This document shows, piece by piece, positions 50,801-62,141 of a stretch of 64,000 nt of DNA. The notes beneath the pieces were generated by a model that worked only from the letters and a program-made list of their open reading frames with translations, was not told where the DNA came from and did not search any database. This DNA is from Phallusia mammillata (Eukaryota), in assembly GCA_965637545.1 (NCBI GenBank), contig OZ281495.1, positions 25,606,001 through 25,670,000 on the forward strand. Reading direction: 5' to 3'. Numbering within the stretch: position 1 is the first letter of the stretch; each line of letters begins with the position of its first letter. Made by a program: the position numbers and the translations under genes.

Positions 50801-53800
50801 ATAATTTTCTGTTGATTTTCTACACGAATTCATTTGTCAGTTTGGCAGAAAATTATTATTAAGAAGTAGGATTTCAACGTTCTCATTGTTCAAGGCTCCA
50901 AGTTGTCCTTTTTTGTAAATATGTTTCAGATTTGTGGTAACAAAAATTCTTCTGCACAACGTACGCAGCAATGGAAATAAATTTTAAAATTGGCATTTTA
51001 TCATCTTTTCCAGCATGTCAAATGTAAAACGTTTGTTTCTTTTCTTGTTTTAAGATTCGCCACTAGGTGGAGCGTCACAAGTTTTGCCCACAACTGACTT
51101 TGTCGTCTTGCTTACTGATGGACAACCGACTATAGGCATCACTGACTGGGAAACTATTCAGTTCAGTGTTCACCGCTACAACAAGTAAGTTTAAACTTTA
51201 AACAATTTAAAAGTCAAATGAGGTTTTTTGTCAATGAATGAAATCGCTGTATTATCGGTTCCCCTAAAGTTGGTATGTTTGAAATATACATAAAAAAGTT
51301 TGACCGTGGGGCTGCCGTATCTGTATTACATAATTTGTAAAAAGATTTACAAAACTTATTCTAACTACCAGTGACCTGTCCATATTGGACTAGCTGTTAT
51401 CTTAGAACTAAGACCCCCCTCATATCAATTTGTTATTATATAGCAAAACATTCGCAATTCACACAATCGGACTTGGAACCCTGGTCGATATGACGTCATT
51501 ACGAAAGATTGCGTCACAGAACCGGGGTACTTCGACTCAAGTGTTTGCAGATATCGACGCTCACGTGCAGGTAAATGTGATTGGTTTTGTTGCCATGTCA
51601 ACGTAATTCAGATTTGTGAAAGGTTAGGATTTTGTAGGGAAAAATTGATAGCCACTGAATCTGAATACTCGCTTACTAGAACCATGTATATAGCGTTCCA
51701 ACAAATACCTGTTGCCAGTTAAGACATAAATGAATAGCTGGGATCAGCATGTTGCATTTTGTTTAAACTGGAAAATCGGGACATTTTCATGATAAATGTT
51801 GCCGATTTAAAGTAAGTACTTCAAAATCAACTCCCAAAATTGTCATAAACTTGATGTGCTAACTAATTAAGGCTTTATTGTTTAAATCGCAAAAGCGCGG
51901 TAATTTAGGAACAAGTAATTTTTGCTTTTATGCATTTAACTTGGGAAAAAGTGATGACAAACCAAACACTGAAATTTGTAGATTGCAAGTTTCTTTGATG
52001 CGATTTCGCGCCCTGTGATGGACCAGGTAATGGTGGACTACCCCCAAAAGCGAGTGGCATCTGTAAACAACGCGGAATACCCATCTTTCCACGCGGGCGA
52101 TGAACTTGTAATTACAGGGCAACTACAGTCACGACCAACTGCACTAAATGACCCTGCAAGAGTTTTCAGGCGACGGAAACGGGCTACCCAGTTCCCAGTC
52201 ACAATCACCGGTAAATATACAACTTTTAACTTATTGCTTACTTGTGATGATGTATTAACGTTGAAGTAAATACACGAAGTGACTCTGAATGAGAAAGTTT
52301 GGGAGGCTGTTCTACCTTACAAAGTGGCATTATCACTCCGATAGGAACATGTCTGTACTTCATTTCAATCATGCATTCCTACCTTTTTGTTGTACAATAG
52401 TTTGGAACACCTAACAGTACTTTCAATTAGAATTAAACTCACGTCACAAGAGATACACATTTAAGAATGTATTTCCGTTCCCACACAAAAAGTTTTATTT
52501 TCAATAATGTGATTTTAGTAAATCAAAGGTAATCAATTTTAGGTAATATATTATCTGTTTAAATTTTGTTGAAGAACAAAAGATCCAATACAGGAAAAAA
52601 CATACAACACTTATTGTGTTATCAAATGCAAACTAAGACTTCTCTAAAAGCCCATCTGTGGTTTCCGACCTCTGCTCTATTTTTATGTATGTTTGATAAT
52701 AATCACATTAATTTACGTTGTAATAATAACAACACGTTCATTATGTTAACAAAATGAAACGTCCGAACTAATGGGAAAATTACGGATGACTTTTATTCTA
52801 TAGGATTGACGAGAACTGGGCAAGTAACGCTAACGGAAGAAGTGACTCCCCGGGCATTCGGTAGTTGTCAGACAGACAACGTGAAGGTATGACTCGAATT
52901 TTATTTACTTAGTGAAGTATTGTACGAGACAAGTTAGGGCTGTTCGTTTTCAGATCCAAAGCTTTTCTGAACGACTACAAGTCTTCATGAAGTTAAAGAG
53001 TTTGTTACGTGAAATCGCTGCAGCGGAAAACAAGACAAAGGAAGAAATTTTGAGGAGTTCAGCCCTAAAACATTCATTAAGGTAAGACAGTATTGTTATA
53101 GATGCATGAATTTTTAAAAAAAAATTACTTCCCCTCAAATTTTCTTTAAAACTAACGGCAAAATTTTCAACAGGTATGGCTTCGTTACTCCCGGCATAAC
53201 ATCTATGATCGTCGTGAAACCCGGAGATCTGCGCCAAATTGAGAAAGTTATCACCGCGGAAGAAGCGAATCGAGCTCGAACCACCGAGGTTGAGCCAGAA
53301 GCTTTATCAGCCGCACCAGGGGATACGCGAGTTTTCAAGTTTGCAAAACTACCTGGCATTGACCCGTCATTATTTGGAAAACCTGCGAACAATGTCAGGA
53401 TGGAAGTTATAGGCGATCCTCACGTTGTGATCGATATAAACCAAAACACAAGAGTCTGTTTTAATTGGCTGGGACAAGACAATAAGGTAGAGTTATGTTG
53501 AAACCAATAAACAAAAGTTTCTGCCACTAAAGTTTTAGATTTAGGGTTCTTAACCAGGGGTGTATGTACACTCTTAAGGCTAAGGGTACCAACTATAAAA
53601 GCTGGAGGTACAAAAAGCTGCAAAACATAAAAGCTATGTATGGATATTTGTAGAAAGTACATGTTAGTTTGACTTTTTTTTTTAAAAATAACTTTTTCTT
53701 ATTTCTTTTTTTCTCTGCTTTTTGCAACATCCACACAAAATCTAACCAAATCCTAGAATTTACTTTTGCGCTAAATGTAAATTACACTTCTCATTTTTTC

Positions 53801-55403
53801 GTGGTGAGACGTTATCACAAGTTTTGCAAACTTCAAAGGACTCAGGTATGTTGACAAAGTTTACAACTTTAAAGCCTGGTTTCCAACAGACACAAAATCA
53901 AGAGTTCGAGAAATTGTGGTTACAAATCTGTGTCTATTTTTCAGTATTATAATATTCTTCGCAACAACGAAAGTGGAGTAAACGTTAATGCAAAGCTAAT
54001 TGGAGTTCCAGGCAATTTTATCTACCAACGTCCATGCTTTGTCGGTGAAATAGGAATAGTGCTCCGAAAACTCAATATTTCAATAAAAGTAAGTGAAAGT
54101 CTAAATTGATTAGTTCAGCTACTAATAGGTTTTTCTGATCAAGCTTTTATTTAATTCCCCCAAACAAATAAAATCTACATTGATCATTATTTGGTTTAGA
54201 TTGAGCCTTTGTTAGTGTCGGTGAAATTGCCCGCAGGAAACCTTAACTTGTCCACGGAAGTATCTACAAGGCAAACGTTTTCTGGGATTTCTATAAACAT
54301 TGTCAACCTATCTGAAATTTCATCAAGGATTTCTGTCTCGTTGGAGGACAATTTGGAATTTATGGTAACACTAGATTTTTAAAATATACACAAGCGCTTA
54401 TTCTACTGTGTCATATCCTTGCAACATATTCTTTTTTTAAAAAAGCACATCAGATCAGAGTTGTAAACGGGCCTGAAATTGGAGCCCGAACCCGGCCCGA
54501 ACCCGATTCGTTTTTGAGAAGCCCATTTAAGCCCGAAAGTTTGATTGACAGACGTATACATTGAAGCACCAGTAAAGACGAAGACAACAAACACAATAGA
54601 CAATAATAGACAAATTGGTCCTGAACAAGGCGTTTTAGCGCTGTTTGACATTAGGTCAGATCCAGCAACTAGCTACTCAGCAAGTTAAATTTATTCAAAA
54701 AAATACTGACACAGAGTGTAAAGTCAGGCCCGTTTTTTTTAAGAAACCTAAGCCTGAACCCTGCCCGAAAAGCCCAACTTTCAACTCTACATCAGATATG
54801 CTTGGTATTTAATGACTTGTTTGTCAGGTAAAAGCGCATTTTGACTTTACCGACCTCGCCAAGACGAAGCACCTTGATCTTTCGGTTGCAAAAACTTTCG
54901 GTTTTACGGGTTCGACTGATGGTTTGCTTGGACAGTTTGTGAGTCCAAATGCAACCAAGTCGGCGGAAGTTATCACCACATTCAATTCCGAAGTCGCTAC
55001 CTTGCGTTTCCGGTAAGCGGATAAATCAAAAAGGTTATGTAATCTCAAAAGCCTTGACTGATACCTTGTTCCTTTGCCACAATTGATTATTTTGCATTTC
55101 TATCTGCAATTTTACAGTTTTGTTATAATTACATTTAAAAAATGGAACTATTTACATCTACCAAGCGCTATGATAAGTATTTTTTATTTGATTTCCCTAA
55201 TAACATTTTTACATTTTACATTTCATTTATGTTGTACCTTTTTATCCAGTCAACAGTCGGTGAAAGTTAAGGAGTTTGGTGTTTACGACACGTACGCGAA
55301 ACGACGGGTCAAATGTTGGCTTCTGAACAACTTTCTCAATTTGTTAAATGAAAAACAGGAAGATTACGAAATCCCGGACATCTTTACTTCTTCAGCAAGA
55401 TGA
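41304..55403 (+). CDS. Secreted VWA7-like / inter-alpha-trypsin inhibitor heavy chain fusion protein, 29 exons, ~1598 aa (SP - degenerate VWA7 N-domain - VWA - Ig-like region - VIT - VWA - ITI_HC_C)
   Basis: Phase-consistent GT-AG exons: 41304-41785, 42053-42185, 43302-43432, 43794-43926, 44341-44435, 44555-44754, 45331-45464, 45733-45837, 46072-46162, 46225-46348, 46422-46604, 47311-47528, 47806-47956, 48089-48236, 48550-48689, 48914-49087, 49561-49698, 49968-50115, 50583-50793, 51055-51184, 51444-51570, 51982-52210, 52804-52886, 52954-53081, 53174-53486, 53945-54088, 54200-54364, 54828-55012, 55250-55403. Total 4797 nt with no internal stop. Confidence 0.87.
46772..47157. mobile_element. 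hAT-like MITE in intron 11 of the fusion gene
   Basis: TIRs TAGGCCTACCATA / TATGGTAGGCCTA; TSD CGATACAT / CGATACAC; GTCCTC(C)TTTTT subterminal repeats. Confidence 0.8.
47585..47718 (+). mobile_element. Family 2 tRNA-related SINE-like copy (intronic)
   Basis: B-box GGTTCGAATCCC followed by the same 3' block (GACCGGCTGATTCGGTA..CGCCTTTAATGGGC) as 10331-10502. Confidence 0.65.
47861..55403 (+). CDS. ITIH: ITIH-type half of the fusion gene (VIT, VWA, ITI heavy-chain C-terminal domain)
   Basis: VIT: INSRIAET.FTSVV.N, LP.EAFVT.F, FELTYQELLRR. YFVNFLAP. MIDAS FALDVSASM.G.K, GGTN, VLLTDGQPT.G. Then GDELVITG, ERL, SLRYGFVTP.TSMIVVKP, GDPHV...CFN, NVNAKLIG, GLLGQF, CW..NN...DY.IPDIF, all recalled from ITIH1-6. 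Confidence 0.9.
50365..50478. mobile_element. Rearranged family 2 copy: inverted 3' block joined to a forward B-box block
   Basis: 50365-50405 resembles the reverse complement of the family's 3' block; 50415-50478 has GGTTCGAATCCCACCGCAGGCTAGATTTTTCT in forward orientation. Confidence 0.5.
54456..54789. mobile_element. hAT element with CCCGAA repeats in intron 27; family shared with 28578-29002
   Basis: Ends CAGAGTTG / CAACTCTA; perfect 8-bp TSD CATCAGAT; internal sequence aligns by eye with 28578-29002. Confidence 0.85.
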
Positions 55404-55714
55404 TCGATATTGTGTTTTTTGTAATGTTTATGTTTTTGCTTGACCGATCCAAATGTTTTGGATGCCTATAAATTTTATTTACGTACAATTGTAACGGAGT
55501 GTAACAATTTTAATATATTGTAAGATATCAAACTGTGATAAAAAATAAGCTCACTTGAAATCAGTTGACACGCAAGTCGTAAAAACAAGGTATGTATTTC
55601 ACCTAAAAGGCACTGGGTGATCGTTGACACTAACATCCTAATATTAGAGGGACAGATCCTAAAAAAGAATTATATTTAAAAACTCTACGTTCCGTTTGTG
55701 GCAATCACCTAAAC

Positions 55715-56581
55715 CAGGGCTTCCCAAACTGGGGGTCGCGACCCCGGAAGGGGTCGCTTAACAAACTTGAGGGGTCGCAGAGAGCTGTACCAATTTGTGC
55801 AAAAAGTACTCAATACACTGGCGCAGAGTACGGGGATGTGATGGTGCCGCACACCCCCGGCCTTTATCTTTGTATAACGTCAAAATCGCATCTTTGTTCA
55901 AGTTACGTCGGTTTTAAAACGCCATTGATCGAACGGACGTCGGTTGAAACGCAACAATTGCAATTGTTTTGAAATACACAGGCATTTTAATGCAGCATAA
56001 ACATGATATATAGAGTTACAAACGTTTAAGCATTCTTTGGCGCAATAACTTTCTCTAATAAAAAATAGGCAATAAATTTACGAGTTCTAAGCAGTGTTTA
56101 ATATCCGTTTGCAAAGCACTGCAACGGCCTAAACTTGGTCCAAGGTGAGCTCAGTTTATGCGTCAACAATACATGATTTGAAACTTGAATTGCTATTACT
56201 TTATTTTCCGCCCTAACAAATTACTTAAAACCTAAATCGTTGTGAAACTTGCCGACTCGGTAAATCGTCCTTTACGAACGTGCGTATGTTCTCGACGCAC
56301 AGCAAACGTTCAAACCACACGAAGAAATTGTGACAAGTGCCCATTTGCAAAACAATCTTTCAGAAACTAAGGCTAAAGCACGTAAAAGTTATCGGTGTTT
56401 GAACGTGTAAAGTAGTCGACTCCGAGTACCGGTAGGTTGTTTTTAGTTTTCGCTCCAATTAGGCGTTTCAATAAATACAACAAACGTTTTTTCGCACTGT
56501 TTATCATATTATCCTTGAAGGGTCGCGAAAAATTTAAAGAGATTAAAAGGGGTCGCGATCAAAAAAGTTTGGGAAGCCCTG
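55715..56581. mobile_element. hAT MITE, longer copy of the 5100-5814 family
   Basis: Same 16-bp TIRs; TSD ACCTAAAC (55707-55714, 56582-56589); carries an internal segment (~56145-56335) absent from the other copy. Confidence 0.92.
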
Positions 56582-56589
56582 ACCTAAAC

Positions 56590-57100
56590 TACTGGTTCCC
56601 AACCGGTGGTAGCGGGACGCGACGACATTTCTGGTGGTATGCGAACACCTTTCGGTATTTTATTTATTCTGTATTTTTGTGTCACATAAAGTTTCGCCTT
56701 GTATTAATAGCCTAATGGAAAGCAAGCACAGGCCCTATGCAGGTTGCGCATCAGTGTATACTGAGCTTTTCTTTGTAGCCTACTACATTGTTTTGTTCTG
56801 TGTGTAACAGTTATCTGATTGAAAATACTTTTAAGCATGGTTGGTACGCGGCATGGGCGTCCGCAGGAAAAAATACAGGGGAGGGCAAAACTATCGTCAC
56901 ATCGCCGTTCGATAAACGGTATTTCAGAACAAAAATCATCTGACTGTGCTACTCATTCTTGCCAATCCCAAAGTAGCAAAATAATACAATAAACACAATT
57001 TTGTGCCCCCTCTTGCCCCCCGCTGCGGACGCCCATGGTACGCGGTGACGCTGCGTTACCTCACAGAGGTACGCGACCACGGATAGGTTGGGAATCACGG
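56590..57100. mobile_element. Older hAT element abutting the previous MITE at the same target site
   Basis: Ends TACTGGTTCCCAACC / GGTTGGGAATCACGG; flanked by ACCTAAAC on the left and ACCCAAAA on the right (2 mismatches). Confidence 0.65.
56852..57037. mobile_element. Short hAT MITE nested in 56590-57100
   Basis: TIRs CATGGGCGTCCGCAG / CTGCGGACGCCCATG; perfect 8-bp TSD GTACGCGG. Confidence 0.9.
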
Positions 57101-58005
57101 ACCCAAAATCACAATTTATTGTTCCTAGGTCCTTGACAGGTTGCGAACTGTTGCGCTGATTGCCCTCAAAAGTACGTTTGTCTGTTTTTACTCCGCAGGC
57201 TTGCGTTAGTTTCATCACAGCTCTGAGTCCGAATGGTTAAATCGTATTCGGACAAGTCACACTTACATTAGAAATAATACCATAAATTAATACGTATTTA
57301 AATCAACTACACAAAGCTTGATATTAAACCCTTACCCGGTGTAAATCAAATACAAGCTAAACTGCATTTAAACGTTTGGCAAACAATACAGTGTAAACAC
57401 AATGGATACAACCAATATTGAATGCAGTGTGGCAGTGATTACTGTCACCAGCATGTAACTCCAACGGCGAAAAATACATACTTTTACATTAGACTGTTTA
57501 AATGACAGCCAAGTCCAGACAACCCCAGGGACTCAAAATCGGAGTTCTATGGAGATTAATCAAACGCTACTGCTGACTGGGTTCGTCTAGAGCAGAACGA
57601 AGTGACAGCAGCGACAGTTTTGTAACGACAAATTATTAGGCGTCACCATCCACCGCGGTTGTGCCTTTAATAATGATCGTCAGCGTAGCAGACCGTCGAA
57701 AGTTAACTGGTATAAAAGTTACAATGTATTTAGGCAATTTAGACAAGCAAAAGTTAGAAACATGTATTAAAGGTGGTTGAAATGTAAACTCAGGAATGAT
57801 AGACGGCTTTCAGCACAGTCTAGTTTAAACGTAAAGGCTAAAGAAACCAGCAGACCTCATTCGTGTCTAGACGTGTTTTCCCTGCTCATAGTAAACCATT
57901 AACTTCGCTTTAAAGTAAACGGCAAATACCATGGACCTATGTTATCGGTTTTGGCCTGCTATTCAATACAGTGTGTAGTGCCAGTTAGCAGTAGCAGCGG
58001 CCCAA

Positions 58006-61000
58006 ATGGGTGAGTCAAATAGTTCAAAACAGGTAAGACCTTACAGTAATTAAGTAGTCTCTAAACATGTTTGGTGCTGACACTGACCACTGCACGCGGT
58101 GCCTCTGGTCCTTACGCCATGCAGTTATGCCAGGCCCGTTTGTTTAAAACAGTGTTTTTGTAGCGATAACAGTCCTAAACCGACAGATGTGACTTTATAG
58201 ATGTCTGTTTCGAACCTTGTCAAGCGTTTTCGCGTTTTACTGTACTATAGGCTATAATATAATGCCTAGGCCTACCAAAAGAAACTATTTTTGATACACT
58301 GCTTCTCAATTTGCATTCCATCTTAGAACATGTTATAATACTTATCTACAGGATACCAAATACAAATTCTCCTCCCTGGTTTCCGAGTACGACATTGCTA
58401 AGTTTTGGACGAAAAATGGTGTAAAGGATTATTTGGGCTGTGGCTCGTTCGGAGCTGTTCGTCGTTGTTGTTATGGTGATTTTGGGACGTTGGTGGTAAA
58501 ATGCTTTCATTTGACGGGAACAAATGAGAATCACGAAAAAGTATTAAAAGGGTTAGTAAGCATGGTTTGATGTTAAAGCTAAGAACCACATCAATAGTGA
58601 TTGTGTCTTTTGTTTTGTTTTACCTTAGACTAGGGTAACCATGTCTGTATTTTTAAGTATCTTAGGCGACACCAAATATGCGGTATAATGCTTAAAATAC
58701 CGTGTCGTTACATGTTACTGTAGCGCTTTTGTTTCCGCGCCTAAGGTTGCTCTAGCGGCTAGCCGGTGAAACCAGTAAATGGACCACACGCTACTCTTAA
58801 TGCTTTCGCAAACACAAATGCGCATAAGCAAATCTGTCTTTTGCACTTGTCATAAAAGCGAGCTGAAATACGCAGGTCAACTTACAACAAACTTGGGCTA
58901 AAGTCGCACTTAATAAAATAATAAAAACGAGACCAATCGGCACCGAAAGTATACACAAGAAATGAACGTATCTAATCACCGACCAGACAAGTCTGCCGGA
59001 TCACAATTGCTTCGCCCTCACGTTAGGGAGCCACTATAGGGGAGAAACACGAGTTACTTGAAGGGTTAATTGACAAATGTCCCGAAGGTGTGTATAATTA
59101 GAGCAACGCGCTGGAATTCTAAAAATGAAAAACAATAAAACAAAAGACTCACAAGTTTGGGAAATCTTTATATCCAGGTTGAAATCAGTTGACAACAAAA
59201 GACTGTTATAAGAAACTAATAAACAGAAAGTAGCTTAGGTTGGGAACCTAAGTAAAACAAAACTAAAGGTGAAACAAAAACAAAAGAGATGAATAACATG
59301 CAGTGACTGGCCGTTAGGAGTCTTTTTGAACATTAATCTCAGACACGGTTTTACGCCAAAATTCCAGACATGTCCGGGTAATTCCGGTCGTCTGGTAACC
59401 CTATCGTAGGCTTTAAGTGCTCAATTTAAGGGATACATACCATTTTTTATTTATTGATGTATTTTCTGTTTGTACAAATGCAATTAATACCTTCTACAGT
59501 GTCTCAAGAGAAGCGAACATCTTATCCACTTTGCACCACGACAACATTGTCCAATTGCTCGGTATCACAAGATGGGCTAACTGTATTGGTATAGTAATGG
59601 AGTACATTGACGGCGGAACTCTAAGCGACTTCGTCTTTAACGAGAAAATTAATCATATCGACTGGGCGGTTCGACTTCGTATCGTCCAGCAAATTACTTG
59701 CGTGTTGGAGCTTTTGCACAACTATGATCCGCGAAAGTTTATCTGCCATGGCGATTTGAAAACAGACAACGTCTTGCTGACCTCTGACCTCTCAGTCAAA
59801 GTCGCTGATTTTGGTTCTGCCAACATCGTCAAGGCAACAGGGGCCACGGCGGCTTCTTTTGAGCTGGCACCAACTACACAACACACACAGTGGTACGCGG
59901 CACCTGAGCTACTGATAGATGTGACTCGTAAAAGAACTCCAGCTATGGATATGTACAGGTTTGTTTCCCAAGTATTTCAGAGCATTTTTAAACCTTCTTT
60001 TCAGACAAAAATACGTTTTGTTTCGTATTAGGTTATTGACAATCCGCGGAAAATACGGACCGTTATTAGTCTAGGCATCCATCCGAATCAGAGTTTTGTT
60101 TTCAAAAATACGAGCGTAATTCAGGCCTGTCTTTACATTCCGTGTTCGTAATTAAAAAAATACCTAGCTAAGTAGTTAGTTGCTGGGCTTAACCTAATGT
60201 CCAACAACCCTCAAACATCTTGTTTAAGCCATTGTGCAATTTTGTCCGTTGTATATGTCTTCTTTATAATAGTCTGTACTATATTATTGGTTTTATGTAC
60301 AGAATGTCAATTAAACTTTCGGGCCTAAACGGACTTCTCAAAAACGATTCGAGCCCGCTTACAAATTTGATCCAATTATTGTTTGCAGTTTGGCAATGAT
60401 CATGTATGAGGTTGCGGCAAGACAACGCGTGTACAAAGGAGCCAAAGCACCTGTCAACATCATCATTACCCTCATCCAATGCGGACACGCGCGTCCTGAC
60501 CTTATGCAATTGGACGTCGAGAAACCCACAACTTCGGTCGACACTGAGATTTTCGAGTTTTTTCGAAACAGTATGATAAAGAGTTGGGACAAGGACCCGA
60601 AAAAACGAGCAACAAGTGGAGAAGGTAAGATAAATTCACTATTGACGATTGACAACTTAATAAACGCCCCGCAGGATAACTCACTCATTGCGATTTGTAC
60701 AAAATCCGCAGTATTGTATGAGATGCGCCAGATCGTTACAAAATGCGACGAATCCAAAATGCATCTGGAAAGAAATAAGTTGTCGAAGGAGATGCAACGT
60801 CTGAGGGATCTTACAATCACTGGCAAAGAAGAAGAAAGTCAGGTGGATGTTTGTTTGCAGGATTTTTCCTATCCCTTTCGATCCGTAGGAACAGCCAGTA
60901 CAAGTAAGCAAACTTAATCCTGCTTTGCTATCTCTTTAGTTAGCTACCTTAAATACAATGGCATTACACGCTTTCGAGCAGACTGCCATTTTGTTCGAAT

Positions 61001-62141
61001 GTTTCTTCTATAGAAGTTTTTTCACCTTTTCTTCTACGAAATCTTTTACTTCACACAGACACACTGGTGTCAACCAAAAACATCTCCAAAGAGATGAAGA
61101 AAAAAACAACAACAATTTCCGTGGCTAAGAATTCGAAGGAGGAAGATAAATATGCAGGTACACATGTGGAAAGCAACACAATCATTATATGTGAACAAAA
61201 ACTGCCTTACAAATTTACCTAAATATACATAGGGTGTTTTTAGGGTATTCAAATGCAGATGTAGTCCTAAAATAGGATTACTGCCGTTAAAGTTTTTTTG
61301 TGTGTTTGCGAATGCTAAAAATAAGAAATACGTTGCAGAAACCATCAGCGTTTGTCTTGATGAATTCAAATACGACGAAGACTCGGGCAGTCTTCTGAAG
61401 CAGAGTGAAGATGTGCTCTTGCGTCTGAAAAATCACATCCCTGTAAAGTCGCGCGACACTATTGCGATGAAATGTTTAGAAGTCGCTGGGTTGCTCGCTG
61501 TCAAGCTCCACTACGAGCAAGCTTGCAAATTTATTAAATACGCATTGGAAATGTTCGATGGTGTTCCGCAAAACGGCGAAGCAAGAATGGAGTTTTACAT
61601 GTTGGCCTTCCAGGTGTGCTACTTAATGGCCAAATCGGACACGAAGTATCTCAAAGAAGAGTACACGCGGGAACGGGTTTTGCCGCTCACTCACGAGGTC
61701 TGCTCTCACTTAGAAAACATCAGGTATGCCGATCTCGACGACATAATGTCGGCCAAAGTGCATTGCTGGGTTCGATGCATGGCAATGGGACTCAAATTCG
61801 GAAACACTACCATCGCCGTTACCGCAGCCAACCAAACGTTCGAAGCATTGGTGGAAGCCTACATGGAAGGGGGGAGCCTGGAAGACCAGACGTTGCTTAA
61901 TGATCTGGTCAGTGATCTTAAAAAAAAGCTTACTAAATTTGATGCACGTCAGTTTTTTCTCGACGCCATGACAAGTTACGAAATCGCTGCTAAATCGACG
62001 AGGAACGTTGTTTACATTCGAGCAATGCTTGAGAATTTGTTTGAAGACAAATCAAATGCAACTGTCGAAGTGGCGGATCCTGAAGTTGACCAGGACGCTC
62101 AGATTCTACAAGGAGGTTGGAATGTAGACTTTTTTATTTAA
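58006..62141 (+). CDS. RIPK-like (TKL) protein kinase with a C-terminal helical/TPR-like domain, 7 exons, ~671 aa
   Basis: Exons 58006-58032, 58352-58551, 59500-59958, 60389-60624, 60712-60903, 61059-61157, 61339-62141, phase-consistent. Motifs: LGCGSFGAV, LVVKC, REANIL..LHHDNIVQLLG, IVMEY..GG.L, HGDLKTDNVLL, VADFG, T.WY.APE, DMYS. Exon 1 (MGESNSSKQ) is less certain than the rest. Confidence 0.85.
58631..59403. mobile_element. Older hAT-like element in intron 2 of the kinase gene
   Basis: Ends TAGGGTAACCA / TGGTAACCCTA; flanks CCTTAGAC / TCGTAGGC match at only 5 of 8 positions. Confidence 0.55.

Noticed and set aside
41304-55403. Two separate adjacent genes (VWA7 and ITIH)
   Set aside because: No stop codon or second signal peptide lies between the halves, and the VIT domain starts within the exon that finishes the last Ig-like strand.
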